IMG/VR virus record: IMGVR_UViG_3300023179_000017
Span: 24,711 to 88,710 of that record
Direction: 5' to 3' (one strand)
Origin: a virus
DNA length: 64,000 nt
Under the pieces are notes generated by a model. It saw only the letters and a program-made list of their open reading frames with translations, ran no database searches and had not been told where the DNA came from. Each line of letters begins with the position of its first letter. The first letter of the stretch is position 1. Made by a program: the position numbers and the translations under genes. Shown piece by piece: positions 10,201-18,133 of the stretch.

Positions 10201-11108
10201 CTTGGACTGCAAGGACTTCGGCAGCAGACAATAACTGGCAAAGCGTATGCTGGTCTAAAGAAAAAACTTTATTTGTAGCTGTTGCTGGATCTGGAACCAA
10301 TAACAGAGTCATGACATCTCCAGACGGTATTGCTTGGACTGCAAGGACTTCGGCACAAGACAATAATTGGACATCGGTGTGTTGGTCGCCAACCGCCAAT
10401 GGTACTGGTCTTTTTGTGGCAGTATCAAATGGTGGAACCAATAGGGTTATGACATCCCCTGATGGTATCAACTGGACAGTAAGAACATCGTCTATCACCA
10501 CATATTGCGTGTGCTGGTCGGCAGAAGTGGGATTGTTTGTGGCTGCTGGATTTAATAGCATGGCCACATCTCCAGACGGTATTAACTGGACTTTAAGAAA
10601 TCCAGCAGCGATCGCTGCGGGGGCTTTCGTATCTGTCTGCTGGTCAAAAGAACTTGGGCTCTTTTGTGCCTTCCCATCTGCAACGTCAAATGGAAAAGTG
10701 GTCACATCACCAGACGGTATCAACTGGACTGCAAGAATGTCACAACAAGATGTATTTTTCCAATCACAGTTTTTTGGAAATGGTATCGCATGGTCTCCAG
10801 GCGTAGGTCGTTTCGTCCAAGTTGGTTTGTATGCTAACATGAGCGCAATAGTTTCAAACGTCTATATGGCAACACCCGCTTTCAGTTTAGCTGCTGGCAC
10901 CTATACAGGAACTCAGTCAGTTACACTTAGCGTGGCAAATTCTGGGGCAACAATTTACTACACAACCGACGGTAGTACGCCAACAACGTCGTCTACGGTA
11001 TATTCGGGGGCTATTTCTGTACCAAGCAGCAGAACCATAAAAGCGATTGCAGTTAAATCGGGATACCCAGATTCAACTATCGCCTCGGCTGCTTATACAA
11101 TTAACTAG
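4254..11108 (+). CDS. giant adhesin/fibre-like protein: Ig-like domains, Asp-box beta-propellers, C-terminal CHB_HEX_C/Fn3-associated domain
   Basis: TISAQP...YQWQRSTD...YQYRCVVS Ig repeats; dozens of S(P/S/T)DGxxWT Asp-box repeats; C-terminal ATPAFS...TIYYTTDGSTPT...IKAIAVK. Confidence 0.8.
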   Translation: MKRRLVLIKKAASGNLSPVITISAQPTNQSTSDGNASFSVTASVTEGATLSYQWQRSTDAGTTFSALSGETSNSLSLSSITVLSDQYQYRCVVSATGGAASVNSSSATLSVVPAITVSAQPQASTTSEALGTSSFSVTASASVGGTISYQWQRSTDGTSFSNLSGETNSSLSLSSLTYATNNQNQYRCVVSGNYNASSVTSSAAVLTVYDSTTAMATWTSATLSGSYGGLTYAKELGLFVAVGGSTTRASVSNDGTNWSDTTGAVVNLQTVAWSPELGMFAAVGNIGGIATSYDGYNWTQRTSPTTNNLKRVRWIPEKGFFLACSTAVSASNKFVKSTDGITWTGFSGPSTEAVYDFDYAPSLNSFFALGYSSNKIFTSSDGETWTTSASTMPSSGTWYAIKWSSQKSLFVAGAWDGGYLATSPDGANWTTRTKVDTTQSGVTAIDYSPELGYFAMSINGNAGYNRVHISPDGINWTGKISSSAANWDVCWSSDVGKFVCIGGSGFTATSTSVYSASNVIKLTAFTLPSTYRNDTASSSYIATASIASGSISYQWEKSTNSGVSFSSVAGATAGTLTLTQTERNAAVDGSHFYRLKMTSATAKYSPVYAGYFVPSANDAIYYVSNWSSSSLTNQNWYSICYAKELGLFVAVSSTGTNRIAVSNNGTTWTELTGQAASAYALNYVAWSPTLGMFVAVGSSGSIFTSYDGYNWTQRTSPTTSNQLYTVKWIAEKSFFLITSNSAGTANKILKSTDGITWTGYSSLSTTALSDFDYSPSLDLIVVQVYGASNFITSSDGQNWSSVSVGSGTNRNWDGIKWSASQGKFVATSSNSNSVATSTDGTNWTIVSTGVSLNKIDYSPEFNLYVSNTVNTGGSTKVWSSPDGVTWTARGPSLGTSVTFRNILWVPDYKKFYAISQDGAQLTSATVSDPENVIKLSSFSLPTITYRNNTANTTYVTTSTIASGSISYQWQLSTNSGSTFSDVAGATSSTLTLSQADRNAALDAGNYVYRLKMTSATAKYSPVYAGYYDARVQENNIYALNNYNLGSISDSSWAGLVWSSKRGVFVTASFSGNDKIAVSANGLNWQYVNTDTSGATITPGNAELVYSEEKDLFVQSGPSSYVYTSTDGLNWTQRASSTTQTLASGAYSPSLGLFVYVSRTATSNVVVTSSNGTTWSNSSTGVSQAMWGVAWSPTLGLFAAVGDNGTIITSTNGTSWTTRTSPNTNAYKSIAWSPTLGMFAAVSNGGTNRVMTSTDGITWTARTSAAETYAWRRIIWVSDLGMFVAGSESTGVSCVMYSANGTSWTLSAINNRSTTSSVTGLAWSSELKRLGQVGFYGTGVRNYATADIYTNKTTVAGFTALPKLTTTNYLSSTADVTLSSTALVSDGSSPSYQWQRSSDNGSTWADLSEKTSANLVLTDAESETASTSNYKYRVKVLNGTNNLISTTFSVVVQSDGVYAVNNWTVSSPGDRYWCGVAWSPKLGLFAAVSYADASSATTLQRVRIGISKDGVNWTYPTYWSTSGFFPNDILWVGGSVNMFVVVGQVCILTSPDGINWTSRKNTNMLIWETAAYSSTQGIVAVFNGTYAANAVLKSTNGITWTTSAGLGFTQAMWGIAWSPSLSLFVMVGAGGRIMSSPDGTTWTQRTSNTTNTLTSIAWSPELSLFVAVANTGTSRVVTSPDGINWTTRTSAAETYSWRKVIWVSDLGLFIAGAQTTVANNLMYSSDGINWSIASMSPSATAAWRVPMAWSPELKRLLVLSQSTTQNAVGTAALSADIFAGKTSYMSITAAPSNYETWLDNTASTTLTAAASVSTGATPSYQWQRSSDNGTNWSDLAGQTSTSLVLTDAETETASTNSYKYRFSASSAGISNSPVVSDKVSLTVRSTTKDYCVENWTMYSAANSNQLRSVVWAPSLSLFCAIGDSGTNNRAQTSPDGITWTVRTTPSAANNNWQGLAWSPELSLFVAVAGSGTNNRVMTSPDGITWTARTSAADNNWQSVCWSKEKTLFVAVAGSGTNNRVMTSPDGIAWTARTSAQDNNWTSVCWSPTANGTGLFVAVSNGGTNRVMTSPDGINWTVRTSSITTYCVCWSAEVGLFVAAGFNSMATSPDGINWTLRNPAAIAAGAFVSVCWSKELGLFCAFPSATSNGKVVTSPDGINWTARMSQQDVFFQSQFFGNGIAWSPGVGRFVQVGLYANMSAIVSNVYMATPAFSLAAGTYTGTQSVTLSVANSGATIYYTTDGSTPTTSSTVYSGAISVPSSRTIKAIAVKSGYPDSTIASAAYTIN
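10140..10355 (+). repeat. near-identical 84-nt duplication with 132-nt period (one propeller blade)
   Basis: 10140-10223 vs 10272-10355 differ only at a10200/g10332. Confidence 0.85.
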
Positions 11109-11169
11109 CACTTCGACTAAGCCTGTTTATTAGGTAAAATAAATTAACAGCTATCTCTTGAGATACAAT

Positions 11170-11204
11170 CCTCTCGTCAAGACCTGATCGATCTTGGCGA
11201 GGGG
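11170..11204 (+). terminator. 13-bp stem-loop without a U-tract (terminator or mRNA 3' stem)
   Basis: cctctcgtcaaga / tcttggcgagggg, 62 nt after the stop of the giant gene. Confidence 0.4.
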
Positions 11205-11259
11205 GCTGGGAAATTAAACAAACAGTATCAAAACCGATAGATGGGCATAAGGAATCATT

Positions 11260-11691
11260 ATGGCCTATAAACCGCCTAGCCAGAACATCATTGATAACGA
11301 GACTGGAGCAATACCGAGCTCTGAGGCGGTATTTGAGGCCTTACGACAAAAGGTAGATGTCACAAGTGGTTACGATATCAACCCCCAATTCTATAACGCT
11401 GGAAGCGTTACCGGGAGCTTTGCCGTAGATTTTGCCTTAGGCCCGGTTCAGCAGGTCACTTTATCCGCAAGTGGCGAGCACCAAGCCTCCTTTAGTAACC
11501 CAGTTCTAGGCGGCGTATATATGCTTAAAATCGTCCACGATGGGTTAAGCGGAACGATTAGCTGGCCTGAGACCGTCAGGTGGCCCGCAGAAGGGGAACC
11601 CACCCTAAGCGCCTCCTCAGGCACTATAGACCTCGTTAGCTTTGTCTACGATGGCAGCGATTACTTTGGTTCCTATTCCTTAGGTTATTGA
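11260..11691 (+). CDS. small fibre-associated beta-domain protein
   Basis: SD AAGGA; VDFALGPVQQVTL...FSNPVLGGVYMLKIVHDG...W...IDLVSFVYDG matches the internal domain of 782..3943. Confidence 0.75.
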   Translation: MAYKPPSQNIIDNETGAIPSSEAVFEALRQKVDVTSGYDINPQFYNAGSVTGSFAVDFALGPVQQVTLSASGEHQASFSNPVLGGVYMLKIVHDGLSGTISWPETVRWPAEGEPTLSASSGTIDLVSFVYDGSDYFGSYSLGY

Positions 11692-11800
11692 TCGCTCAAC
11701 TACTCTGGTAAATACTCCGATAAGAAGTACACGCCCACTTCTACTCTCTCGAGTCCGCCGATTAGCTGGCTGACTAACACATTAAACAAAAGGTAAAACT

Positions 11801-12502
11801 ATGAAATACTTAATGGCCCTACTTATAGGGACTTTTGCGCTTTCTCCTGAATATCAAAAAGGCTACGAAGAAATCCACGGCACTGGCAAATATACAAGGG
11901 CGCAGCTTGAAGAGGCGGAGCCTAAAATCAGAATGGCAGAACAAAATCTTCAAACGCTAGAAGACGTCGCTATTCAGTCGAACCTTGCTCTACGAACCAT
12001 CTTCTCGGTTGCAGTTAAAAACCTACACCGAAAAGGATATACACGAACAGCAAGAGAAATCGAATCTGGCTGGGAAGAACGAGACGGCGAGATAGTCAGA
12101 CTTGCCTATAGAGGTGAAAGAAACATCGGGGATTTTGAACCGCTATCGAAATGGCTTGCTGACGCATACGATAAAATCGAATCGAAGTTAGGATATCAAC
12201 TATGCCTAGCGTTACGCCTGTCAGATATCAAAACCATCAACTTCGGTCTTGTCGTTGTATTTAGGCCATGTAAGTATGGCGAGGAAGAATTTAAGAAGCA
12301 TTTTATTCATGATGAAAAATACCGAGGGCTTGCTCCGGTAGTCGCCTACTGGACGACTATTGTGGCTTGTTCGTTTGGTACTTACGGGATTGGATATTTC
12401 TTTATCTGCTCTCCGATAGGAATGATAGTGGAGCTTGGAGTAGATAAAAAAATAGCGCCGTATCTGGCCCCTAAAATTTATAATCTTGCTTGTGAGGAAT
12501 AA
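11801..12502 (+). CDS. putative exported protein
   Basis: N-terminal hydrophobic signal-like segment; C-terminal hydrophobic Cys-containing region. Confidence 0.7.
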   Translation: MKYLMALLIGTFALSPEYQKGYEEIHGTGKYTRAQLEEAEPKIRMAEQNLQTLEDVAIQSNLALRTIFSVAVKNLHRKGYTRTAREIESGWEERDGEIVRLAYRGERNIGDFEPLSKWLADAYDKIESKLGYQLCLALRLSDIKTINFGLVVVFRPCKYGEEEFKKHFIHDEKYRGLAPVVAYWTTIVACSFGTYGIGYFFICSPIGMIVELGVDKKIAPYLAPKIYNLACEE

Positions 12503-12706
12503 ATGACAAGAGAACAATGTCTCGACAGACTCGATGCCATACAACGTGCATTAGAGTTTTTCAAAAACAAAGAAAACTACGAAATTGGCGAAGTCATAAG
12601 CTCGGTCGAAATGCGAGGAATAGAAACGGCCAAAGAAGCCTTAGACGAAGTTTTAAAACTAAGGCTTTATTTGGTATCGATTGCTTTTCCAGAAGGTAAA
12701 CTGTGA
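12503..12706 (+). CDS. hypothetical protein
   Basis: 67 aa, abuts the upstream stop. Confidence 0.6.
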   Translation: MTREQCLDRLDAIQRALEFFKNKENYEIGEVISSVEMRGIETAKEALDEVLKLRLYLVSIAFPEGKL

Positions 12707-12801
12707 TGGACCCTATCGTAGTAGAGCTGTTCGCGCTTGGAGTTTTTATGGTTTTGGTAACGCTTATCATGGTTGCCATTTATGGGGAATTTAAAAAATG
12801 A
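12706..12801 (+). CDS. 31-aa hydrophobic peptide; not in ORF track
   Basis: MDPIVVELFALGVFMVLVTLIMVAIYGEFKK; TGATG overlap upstream and ATGA overlap downstream. Confidence 0.55.
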   Translation: MDPIVVELFALGVFMVLVTLIMVAIYGEFKK

Positions 12802-13202
12802 AATACAAAATATTGAAAGACGGCCTTGTGCAAGGCGGGTCAGCTCAATACCTGTATGACGAAGACGGACAAATATTCTGGGAGGCGAGCATTAAAGTGG
12901 GGATGGGTTTTTTAGCTAAAACCTATTCTAAAAAGGGTACCCTTCTTTTAGAGGACCCCGACTTAATGCTTTCTGAAAACCTAAAAGAAGGCATGGAGCA
13001 TATCTTTGGCCCCGTCCTTATTAAAACCATTAAGCGTGGGGAAGACGGGCTTATGGAATGTCTCATCAGCGTCGAAGGCGGGGCTATAGAAGGTCCCGTC
13101 TTTGTCGACTACTCAGACCACTATATCAATCCTCGGCACGCTGAAATCGTAGCGAAGGTATCCGGCCTTACCCTAAATATTAAACTGGTGCCTGAAGAAT
13201 GA
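12798..13202 (+). CDS. hypothetical protein
   Basis: 134-aa ORF in a translationally coupled chain. Confidence 0.7.
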   Translation: MKYKILKDGLVQGGSAQYLYDEDGQIFWEASIKVGMGFLAKTYSKKGTLLLEDPDLMLSENLKEGMEHIFGPVLIKTIKRGEDGLMECLISVEGGAIEGPVFVDYSDHYINPRHAEIVAKVSGLTLNIKLVPEE

Positions 13203-13208
13203 TATAAT
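13200..13208 (+). promoter_or_regulatory. extended -10 promoter TGATATAAT
   Basis: same 9-mer as at 4018; upstream of SD GGGGAG and rmlB. Confidence 0.7.
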
Positions 13209-13240
13209 TCAAAAAACCTTAAATTTGGGGGAGCGTACAA

Positions 13241-14218
13241 ATGAAGTACATGGTCACCGGCGGTCACGGCTTTATTGGATCAAACCTTTGTAGGCTCCTT
13301 CTAGAACAAAATAAAGATATCGTTGTTGTCGATTCCCTCACCTACGCCTCAAACCAAGCCTACTTAAAGAATTGGGCCAAAGAGAATAATAAAAAGTTTG
13401 AAGAAGAAATCCTAGATATCAGAGACCACGTTTCTGTCGCAAGGATGATGCAAAAACATAAGCCCGATGTCATTTTTCATTTAGCCGCTGAAAGCCATGT
13501 TTGCCGAAGCATCTCTGGGCCCAAAGACTTTGTCACAACAAACGTTCTAGGCACCTTTCATTTGATTGAAGAGTTTCGGCAGCTTTGGGGAGATAACGCT
13601 TCTAAAAAGTTTGTTCACGTTTCAACTGATGAGGTCTACGGGGAGCTTGAGCTAAACGAGCCGCCTTTTTGTGAATATACTCCAATCAAACCTAGAAGCC
13701 CCTATTCCGCCACAAAAGCCGGAAGCGATCACATCGTCCAGTCTTACTTTCACACCTACGGTGTTTCGACCATCATTACGAATTGCTCGAACAACTTTGG
13801 TCCCAACCAGCATAAAGAAAAACTAATTCCTGCAACCATTCAACGCCTTCATAGAAATAAACCTGTAAGGCTTTATGGCAACGGCCAGAATATCCGCGAC
13901 TGGCTCTGGGTGGAAGACCATGCAAGAGGCCTTATGCTTCTTGCTGAAAAAGGAACGCCTGGTCAAAAGTATTGCATTGGGGGTGAGTGTGAAAAAACTA
14001 ACCTCCAAATTATCAACGCTGTCTTTGACGCTATGGCTACAAGATTTGGAAAATTAGAACTTACTATTGAATTTACAAACGACAGGCCGACAGATGATAA
14101 AAGATATGCTATTAATTGCGACAGACTAAAAGCACTGGGCTGGGCCCCGTCCAGCAATTTAAAAGAAAATCTCTTGAAGACAGTCGATTATTATTTGGTA
14201 GAATTTAAACGGGGTTGA
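13241..14218 (+). CDS. rmlB: dTDP-glucose 4,6-dehydratase
   Basis: VTGGHGFIGSN, DSLTYAS, HLAAESHV, HVSTDEVYG, PYSATKAGSD, TNCSNNFGP, GQNIRDWLWVEDH, DKRYAI. Confidence 0.93.
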   Translation: MKYMVTGGHGFIGSNLCRLLLEQNKDIVVVDSLTYASNQAYLKNWAKENNKKFEEEILDIRDHVSVARMMQKHKPDVIFHLAAESHVCRSISGPKDFVTTNVLGTFHLIEEFRQLWGDNASKKFVHVSTDEVYGELELNEPPFCEYTPIKPRSPYSATKAGSDHIVQSYFHTYGVSTIITNCSNNFGPNQHKEKLIPATIQRLHRNKPVRLYGNGQNIRDWLWVEDHARGLMLLAEKGTPGQKYCIGGECEKTNLQIINAVFDAMATRFGKLELTIEFTNDRPTDDKRYAINCDRLKALGWAPSSNLKENLLKTVDYYLVEFKRG

Positions 14219-14266
14219 GTCAGCGCTTCATTTAACATTAACCGTGTTAAGAGAGAGCAAAGAACT

Positions 14267-14797
14267 ATGGAGTGCCGTGATACAACCCCAATCATCAACT
14301 GCTACACACTCAAGAGAGAAGTCTACAACGACCCAAGAGGGCACTTCTCAGAGCTCTTTCGAGCTTGTGACTTCGATGAGAAGTTCGTCCAAAGAAACGT
14401 CTCCCTATCTAAAAAGAATGTTCTAAGAGGGATGCACACCATGACTAGGCAACCCCAAGGAAAGCTTGTGACCTGTGTCTATGGCAGTGTGTGGGATGTG
14501 GTTTTTGACGCAAGGCCCATGAGCCCCACCTTTATGAAAGGATATGCAATCGAGCTAGATCACAAGAAGCTAAACGCTATCTACGTGCCGCCAGGCTGCC
14601 TACACGGATTTTTCACGCTTTCAGATATCGCAGTCGTGGAGTATGATTGCACTACTTATTACCAACAAAAATTTGACGGGGGTGTTAAATGGACTTCTTC
14701 GGAAATCAAAAAACTTTTTCCACCGAGTATCAATCCGGTTTTGAGTTCTAAAGATGATGGGCTTCCATCTCTTCAGGAATTTTTAAGATCAAAATGA
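14267..14797 (+). CDS. rmlC: dTDP-4-dehydrorhamnose 3,5-epimerase
   Basis: DPRGHFSE, NVSLSKKNVLRGMH, QGKLVTCVYGSVWDVVFDAR, YVPPGCLHGF, LSSKD. Confidence 0.92.
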   Translation: MECRDTTPIINCYTLKREVYNDPRGHFSELFRACDFDEKFVQRNVSLSKKNVLRGMHTMTRQPQGKLVTCVYGSVWDVVFDARPMSPTFMKGYAIELDHKKLNAIYVPPGCLHGFFTLSDIAVVEYDCTTYYQQKFDGGVKWTSSEIKKLFPPSINPVLSSKDDGLPSLQEFLRSK

Positions 14798-15831
14798 TAC
14801 CACTTCTAAGACCAGATTTTCCAAGTCTTGATTTAGTAAACCAGTATTTTTCGTCTTGCTACGACAAGAAGATATTTACTAACTTTGGCTCCGTCTTTGA
14901 TGAGTCCGTAAAACAACTTTCAAAACTAATGAACGGGGAAGCGCTTCCCTGCACTTCAGGAACGACAGCTATTCAAGCCGCTCTTTCTGTTATGTCAGCT
15001 AAAGGAAAAAGAGTCGCTATCCCAGACTACACCCACTCAGGAACGATGCTTGCTGTAATTGGCGCACAAGCTACTCCAGTTCTTTTTGCCGTCAATCCTA
15101 AAACTTGGGTCATTTCAATTGATGACTTAAAAGCAAACTTTGACCAATACGACATGGTCGTTGTGGTTTCTCCCTTTGGTTATGAAATTGATTTCCAAGC
15201 TTTTGAAACATTATCGTATGAATTAAAAAAACCCATCGTTTACGACATGGCAGGATGCTTTGGGAGCTTCCCAGATACCATTAACCCCAGAGCTTATTCT
15301 TTTCATGCCACAAAAAACTTTGCGGTCGGTGAAGGGGGATGCCTTGTTCTTCCTGACACCAAAATGTGGGAGCACGCTAGAAAAATTATCAACTTTGGAA
15401 CGAACCTAGACAGATCCCTTTTTAGTGATGTGGGCTTTAATGGAAAGGTAGATGAGCTTCGATGCGCTATTATTTTAGCTATGCTCCACGAAGAGAACTT
15501 GTCGAAAGTGTGGGCCAGGATCAAGAACAAAAAAGCAACGCTTCAGTTCTACCAAGAGCAACTAAAGGGGGTTGTACCTGAAGGAGAGAAATACACTTCT
15601 CTTTGTGTGGTGGGCGGCGTTCCTGCTAAAGAGCTGGAAGAGCACTGCCTTAAAAACGACATCATTAGTAAATCCTACTACCCACTTCTTTCTAAGATGC
15701 CAGGTCTTGCGCACATCGAACGGGTAACTACGAGCGGCCCTGAAATGGAAAAGTGCCTTGCACTTCCGTCTGATGTTTCAATCGCGGAAGCTTACGAAGT
15801 CGTTGAGTGTATATCCGAGTATCGTCCTTAA
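14794..15831 (+). CDS. vioA: DegT/DnrJ-family sugar aminotransferase (VioA-like)
   Basis: SGTTAIQAAL, IVYDMAGCFG, PLP-Lys motif SFHATKNFAVGEGG; N-terminus with TNFG typical of the VioA subgroup; adjacent to vioB-like gene. Confidence 0.75.
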   Translation: MIPLLRPDFPSLDLVNQYFSSCYDKKIFTNFGSVFDESVKQLSKLMNGEALPCTSGTTAIQAALSVMSAKGKRVAIPDYTHSGTMLAVIGAQATPVLFAVNPKTWVISIDDLKANFDQYDMVVVVSPFGYEIDFQAFETLSYELKKPIVYDMAGCFGSFPDTINPRAYSFHATKNFAVGEGGCLVLPDTKMWEHARKIINFGTNLDRSLFSDVGFNGKVDELRCAIILAMLHEENLSKVWARIKNKKATLQFYQEQLKGVVPEGEKYTSLCVVGGVPAKELEEHCLKNDIISKSYYPLLSKMPGLAHIERVTTSGPEMEKCLALPSDVSIAEAYEVVECISEYRP

Positions 15832-16376
15832 ACTAGTTCAAGAACGCCTTTTTTTCTTTCTTTCTTTTCTTCGGCAGGATTTCCCCAAGCAAACATCCAA
15901 GGAGATATCTTTTGATTAGCTCTGGTCTGGCTCATGGCCCCAAGAACCGAGCCCTCCCCAAAGTGGGTTCCCGGCATCACGCAACAGTGGGCTGTGATGT
16001 GGGAATGGTCTTCCATGACGATTGGGGCGTAATAGACATTGGTAAATTCTTTAGGGTTTTGAGGACCAATTAAGTAGTCCCCTGAGAAATTATCAGAAGA
16101 GGAAATAAGGGTAGAACCAAAACTAATCGTGCAGTTATCGCCTATCCGAATCCCCCCGCCACAGGATAGGGTCACACGGGAGGCGATGTGGATATTGCTA
16201 CCTATTTTTAAATATCCTTTTAAACAAAGTAGGATACAGCCAGCATCGATTCTAACATTACTACCTAGCTCAATCTGTTCAGCCCCCATGACGATAACGC
16301 TTCTATCTACAAGGACTTTCTCCCCTATTCGTTTAAAACCACACAGAAAGAGTTCTTCTTTAGTTAAAAAGGCCAT
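15828..16376 (-). CDS. vioB: hexapeptide-repeat sugar N-acyltransferase (VioB-like)
   Basis: MAFLTKEEL..GFKRIGEKV...IELGSNVRID...IHIA...SSDNFSGDYL.GP..PKEFTNV follows the VioB pattern; start set at the ATG at 16376. Confidence 0.75.
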   Translation of the reverse strand: MAFLTKEELFLCGFKRIGEKVLVDRSVIVMGAEQIELGSNVRIDAGCILLCLKGYLKIGSNIHIASRVTLSCGGGIRIGDNCTISFGSTLISSSDNFSGDYLIGPQNPKEFTNVYYAPIVMEDHSHITAHCCVMPGTHFGEGSVLGAMSQTRANQKISPWMFAWGNPAEEKKERKKGVLELV

Positions 16377-16426
16377 AGGTAATCTATTTTGGTTACGCAC
16401 CCTTAATGGTATCTTATTTAGTATAT

Positions 16427-17164
16427 ATGAGCAAAATATGCGTAGTCACATTGGGGTTTATGAATTGGCGTGTAATGGCTAGTTCCTTTAAACAGCTTTA
16501 TCAAACCAAGATTTTAAATTGGGAGCACCACGTTTTAGACCAGCACTACCCACTTAATGAAAAAGAAAACCGAGATAGCCTAAAGGCCATGTGTAAGGAC
16601 TACGGAGCTATCTTACATGACGCTGGAAAAAACTTAGGCCTCCACGAAGGGGTCAACTACTTAATTAGACAATCAAAACCAGATATCGTCATTGGATATG
16701 ACCCAGACTCTTTCCCCAATAGAATTTGCTGGGATGAAGCCCTGACCAAAGTCATTGATGAGAATGTGGTCTGGTCCACACTAGCAAACCCACGAACAAT
16801 GGGAGATATTAAAGCAAGAGGATATACAGAGTTTACCTCTAATGGAGTAAAGCTCTGGAAGACCAAAACGGCCATTACAAACTCAGTTTGCGCTTGGTCC
16901 GTTCCTTGGTTAGAATCAGTAGGATTTGTTTCTGAATCTAGGCCGTTTTACGGGCATCTAGAAACTACCATGTTTGGTAGGCTAAAAAACAAAAGTTGGG
17001 TTGTACTTCCTGAATACAGCGAATCTGATCACTTACGGCACGACCACGACAAAGACTACGCGCTCTACAAGTGGGCTCATGCCATCTTAAGAATCTGGGA
17101 CGGTGACTTTAAAAGCTGGCTCGAAGCTGGAAAACCGCACGAAGAAAAAATAAAAATAAGTTAA
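16427..17164 (+). CDS. GT-A (GT2-like) glycosyltransferase
   Basis: KICVVTLG, KNLGLHEGVNY, DxD (YDPD); start may be 16406 or 16427. Confidence 0.6.
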   Translation: MSKICVVTLGFMNWRVMASSFKQLYQTKILNWEHHVLDQHYPLNEKENRDSLKAMCKDYGAILHDAGKNLGLHEGVNYLIRQSKPDIVIGYDPDSFPNRICWDEALTKVIDENVVWSTLANPRTMGDIKARGYTEFTSNGVKLWKTKTAITNSVCAWSVPWLESVGFVSESRPFYGHLETTMFGRLKNKSWVVLPEYSESDHLRHDHDKDYALYKWAHAILRIWDGDFKSWLEAGKPHEEKIKIS

Positions 17165-17173
17165 GGAGAAAGC

Positions 17174-17515
17174 ATGAATCCTACACCCGAACAATGGGGA
17201 ACAGTTGTCGTTAATTTAACCAAGGGCGAACTGGGGATTTTAGCTGCTGTTGGAATTGCCGTTCAATTTTTGATGCTATTATTAAAAGGCCCCTTAGGAG
17301 AAAAAGCAGGTAAGTGGAGGCTTATGGCGGTCTCTGGGCTTACAATGGTGGGCTGTGTACTCGCTCTAAGAACGCAGGGAATGGACTGGGCGTCTATTTT
17401 AGCCCACTCTTCTACCCTTGCTGCATCACAAGTTTTTATTCATCAAATTTTTAAACAAAGCTCTGAACAGCCTGTTAATGAGGTGGCAGAGCCAAAAAGA
17501 AGAAAAAGAAAATGA
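17174..17515 (+). CDS. holin-like membrane protein
   Basis: SD AAGGAG; 2-3 hydrophobic helices; basic C-terminus PKRRKRK. Confidence 0.55.
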   Translation: MNPTPEQWGTVVVNLTKGELGILAAVGIAVQFLMLLLKGPLGEKAGKWRLMAVSGLTMVGCVLALRTQGMDWASILAHSSTLAASQVFIHQIFKQSSEQPVNEVAEPKRRKRK

Positions 17516-17850
17516 ACGACTTATTTAAGGAGCTGGTTTTTGATGTGGTCATAAAAGAAGCGATTAGGCGTCTTTTTTTAGCAGTTCCGTTTCTAGAAAT
17601 GGGGCCAATTGGATACATTGTAAGCCTTCTTTTGACCCGATTTGCTGATAGCCTTTATGAGTATCAAAAGACGGTTGTTCGGTTTTACAAGTTTGAGTTT
17701 GTTAATTCCAAGAATCAAAAACAATTTGATCAAGAAATGAAAAACTTGCAAACATTACAAAAAAACCCAAATGCCACACCAGAGGAAATAAATGAAGCCA
17801 TTCAAAAAGCTAAAGAACGCTTGGCCGATCTTGTTCGTTATTCTAGCTAG
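17512..17850 (+). CDS. hypothetical protein, possibly i-spanin-like
   Basis: N-terminal hydrophobic stretch plus coiled coil; overlaps the downstream lipoprotein gene. Confidence 0.45.
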   Translation: MNDLFKELVFDVVIKEAIRRLFLAVPFLEMGPIGYIVSLLLTRFADSLYEYQKTVVRFYKFEFVNSKNQKQFDQEMKNLQTLQKNPNATPEEINEAIQKAKERLADLVRYSS

Positions 17851-18133
17851 TTGTTCAACAACTGTAACAATTCCTGATGTGGAGTGGTGCACTTCTACTG
17901 GAAACCACGGGGCTATATGCCAGAACTCTTCTTCAGATACCAACCGTACCCTAACTGATAAAGAGTGGATTGATTTTTTAGAAAATGGGCCCGCACTTTG
18001 TACTTCTTCGAAAGACTTTTCAAGAATTAAGACTGCTATCCAGCAGCTCTGCAATGAAAACTCCAAATGCAAATTTGAGACGTTGAAGGCAACTTTTAAA
18101 AGGCTTGATAAACTTAGTTCTCGAAACCGTTAA
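17792..18133 (+). CDS. lipoprotein, o-spanin (Rz1)-like
   Basis: lipobox ILASC, additional Cys residues, overlaps the 3' end of the previous gene. Confidence 0.55.
   Translation: MKPFKKLKNAWPILFVILASCSTTVTIPDVEWCTSTGNHGAICQNSSSDTNRTLTDKEWIDFLENGPALCTSSKDFSRIKTAIQQLCNENSKCKFETLKATFKRLDKLSSRNR

Noticed and set aside
1880-10840. Antisense ORFs such as 2251..2469, 3205..3558, 7715..8023 and 9962..10840
   Set aside because: Shadows of repetitive sense-strand genes, with no RBS or independent motifs.
782-11108. CRISPR-like or satellite repeats
   Set aside because: All repeats are in frame with codon periodicity and no unique spacers; no cas genes seen.
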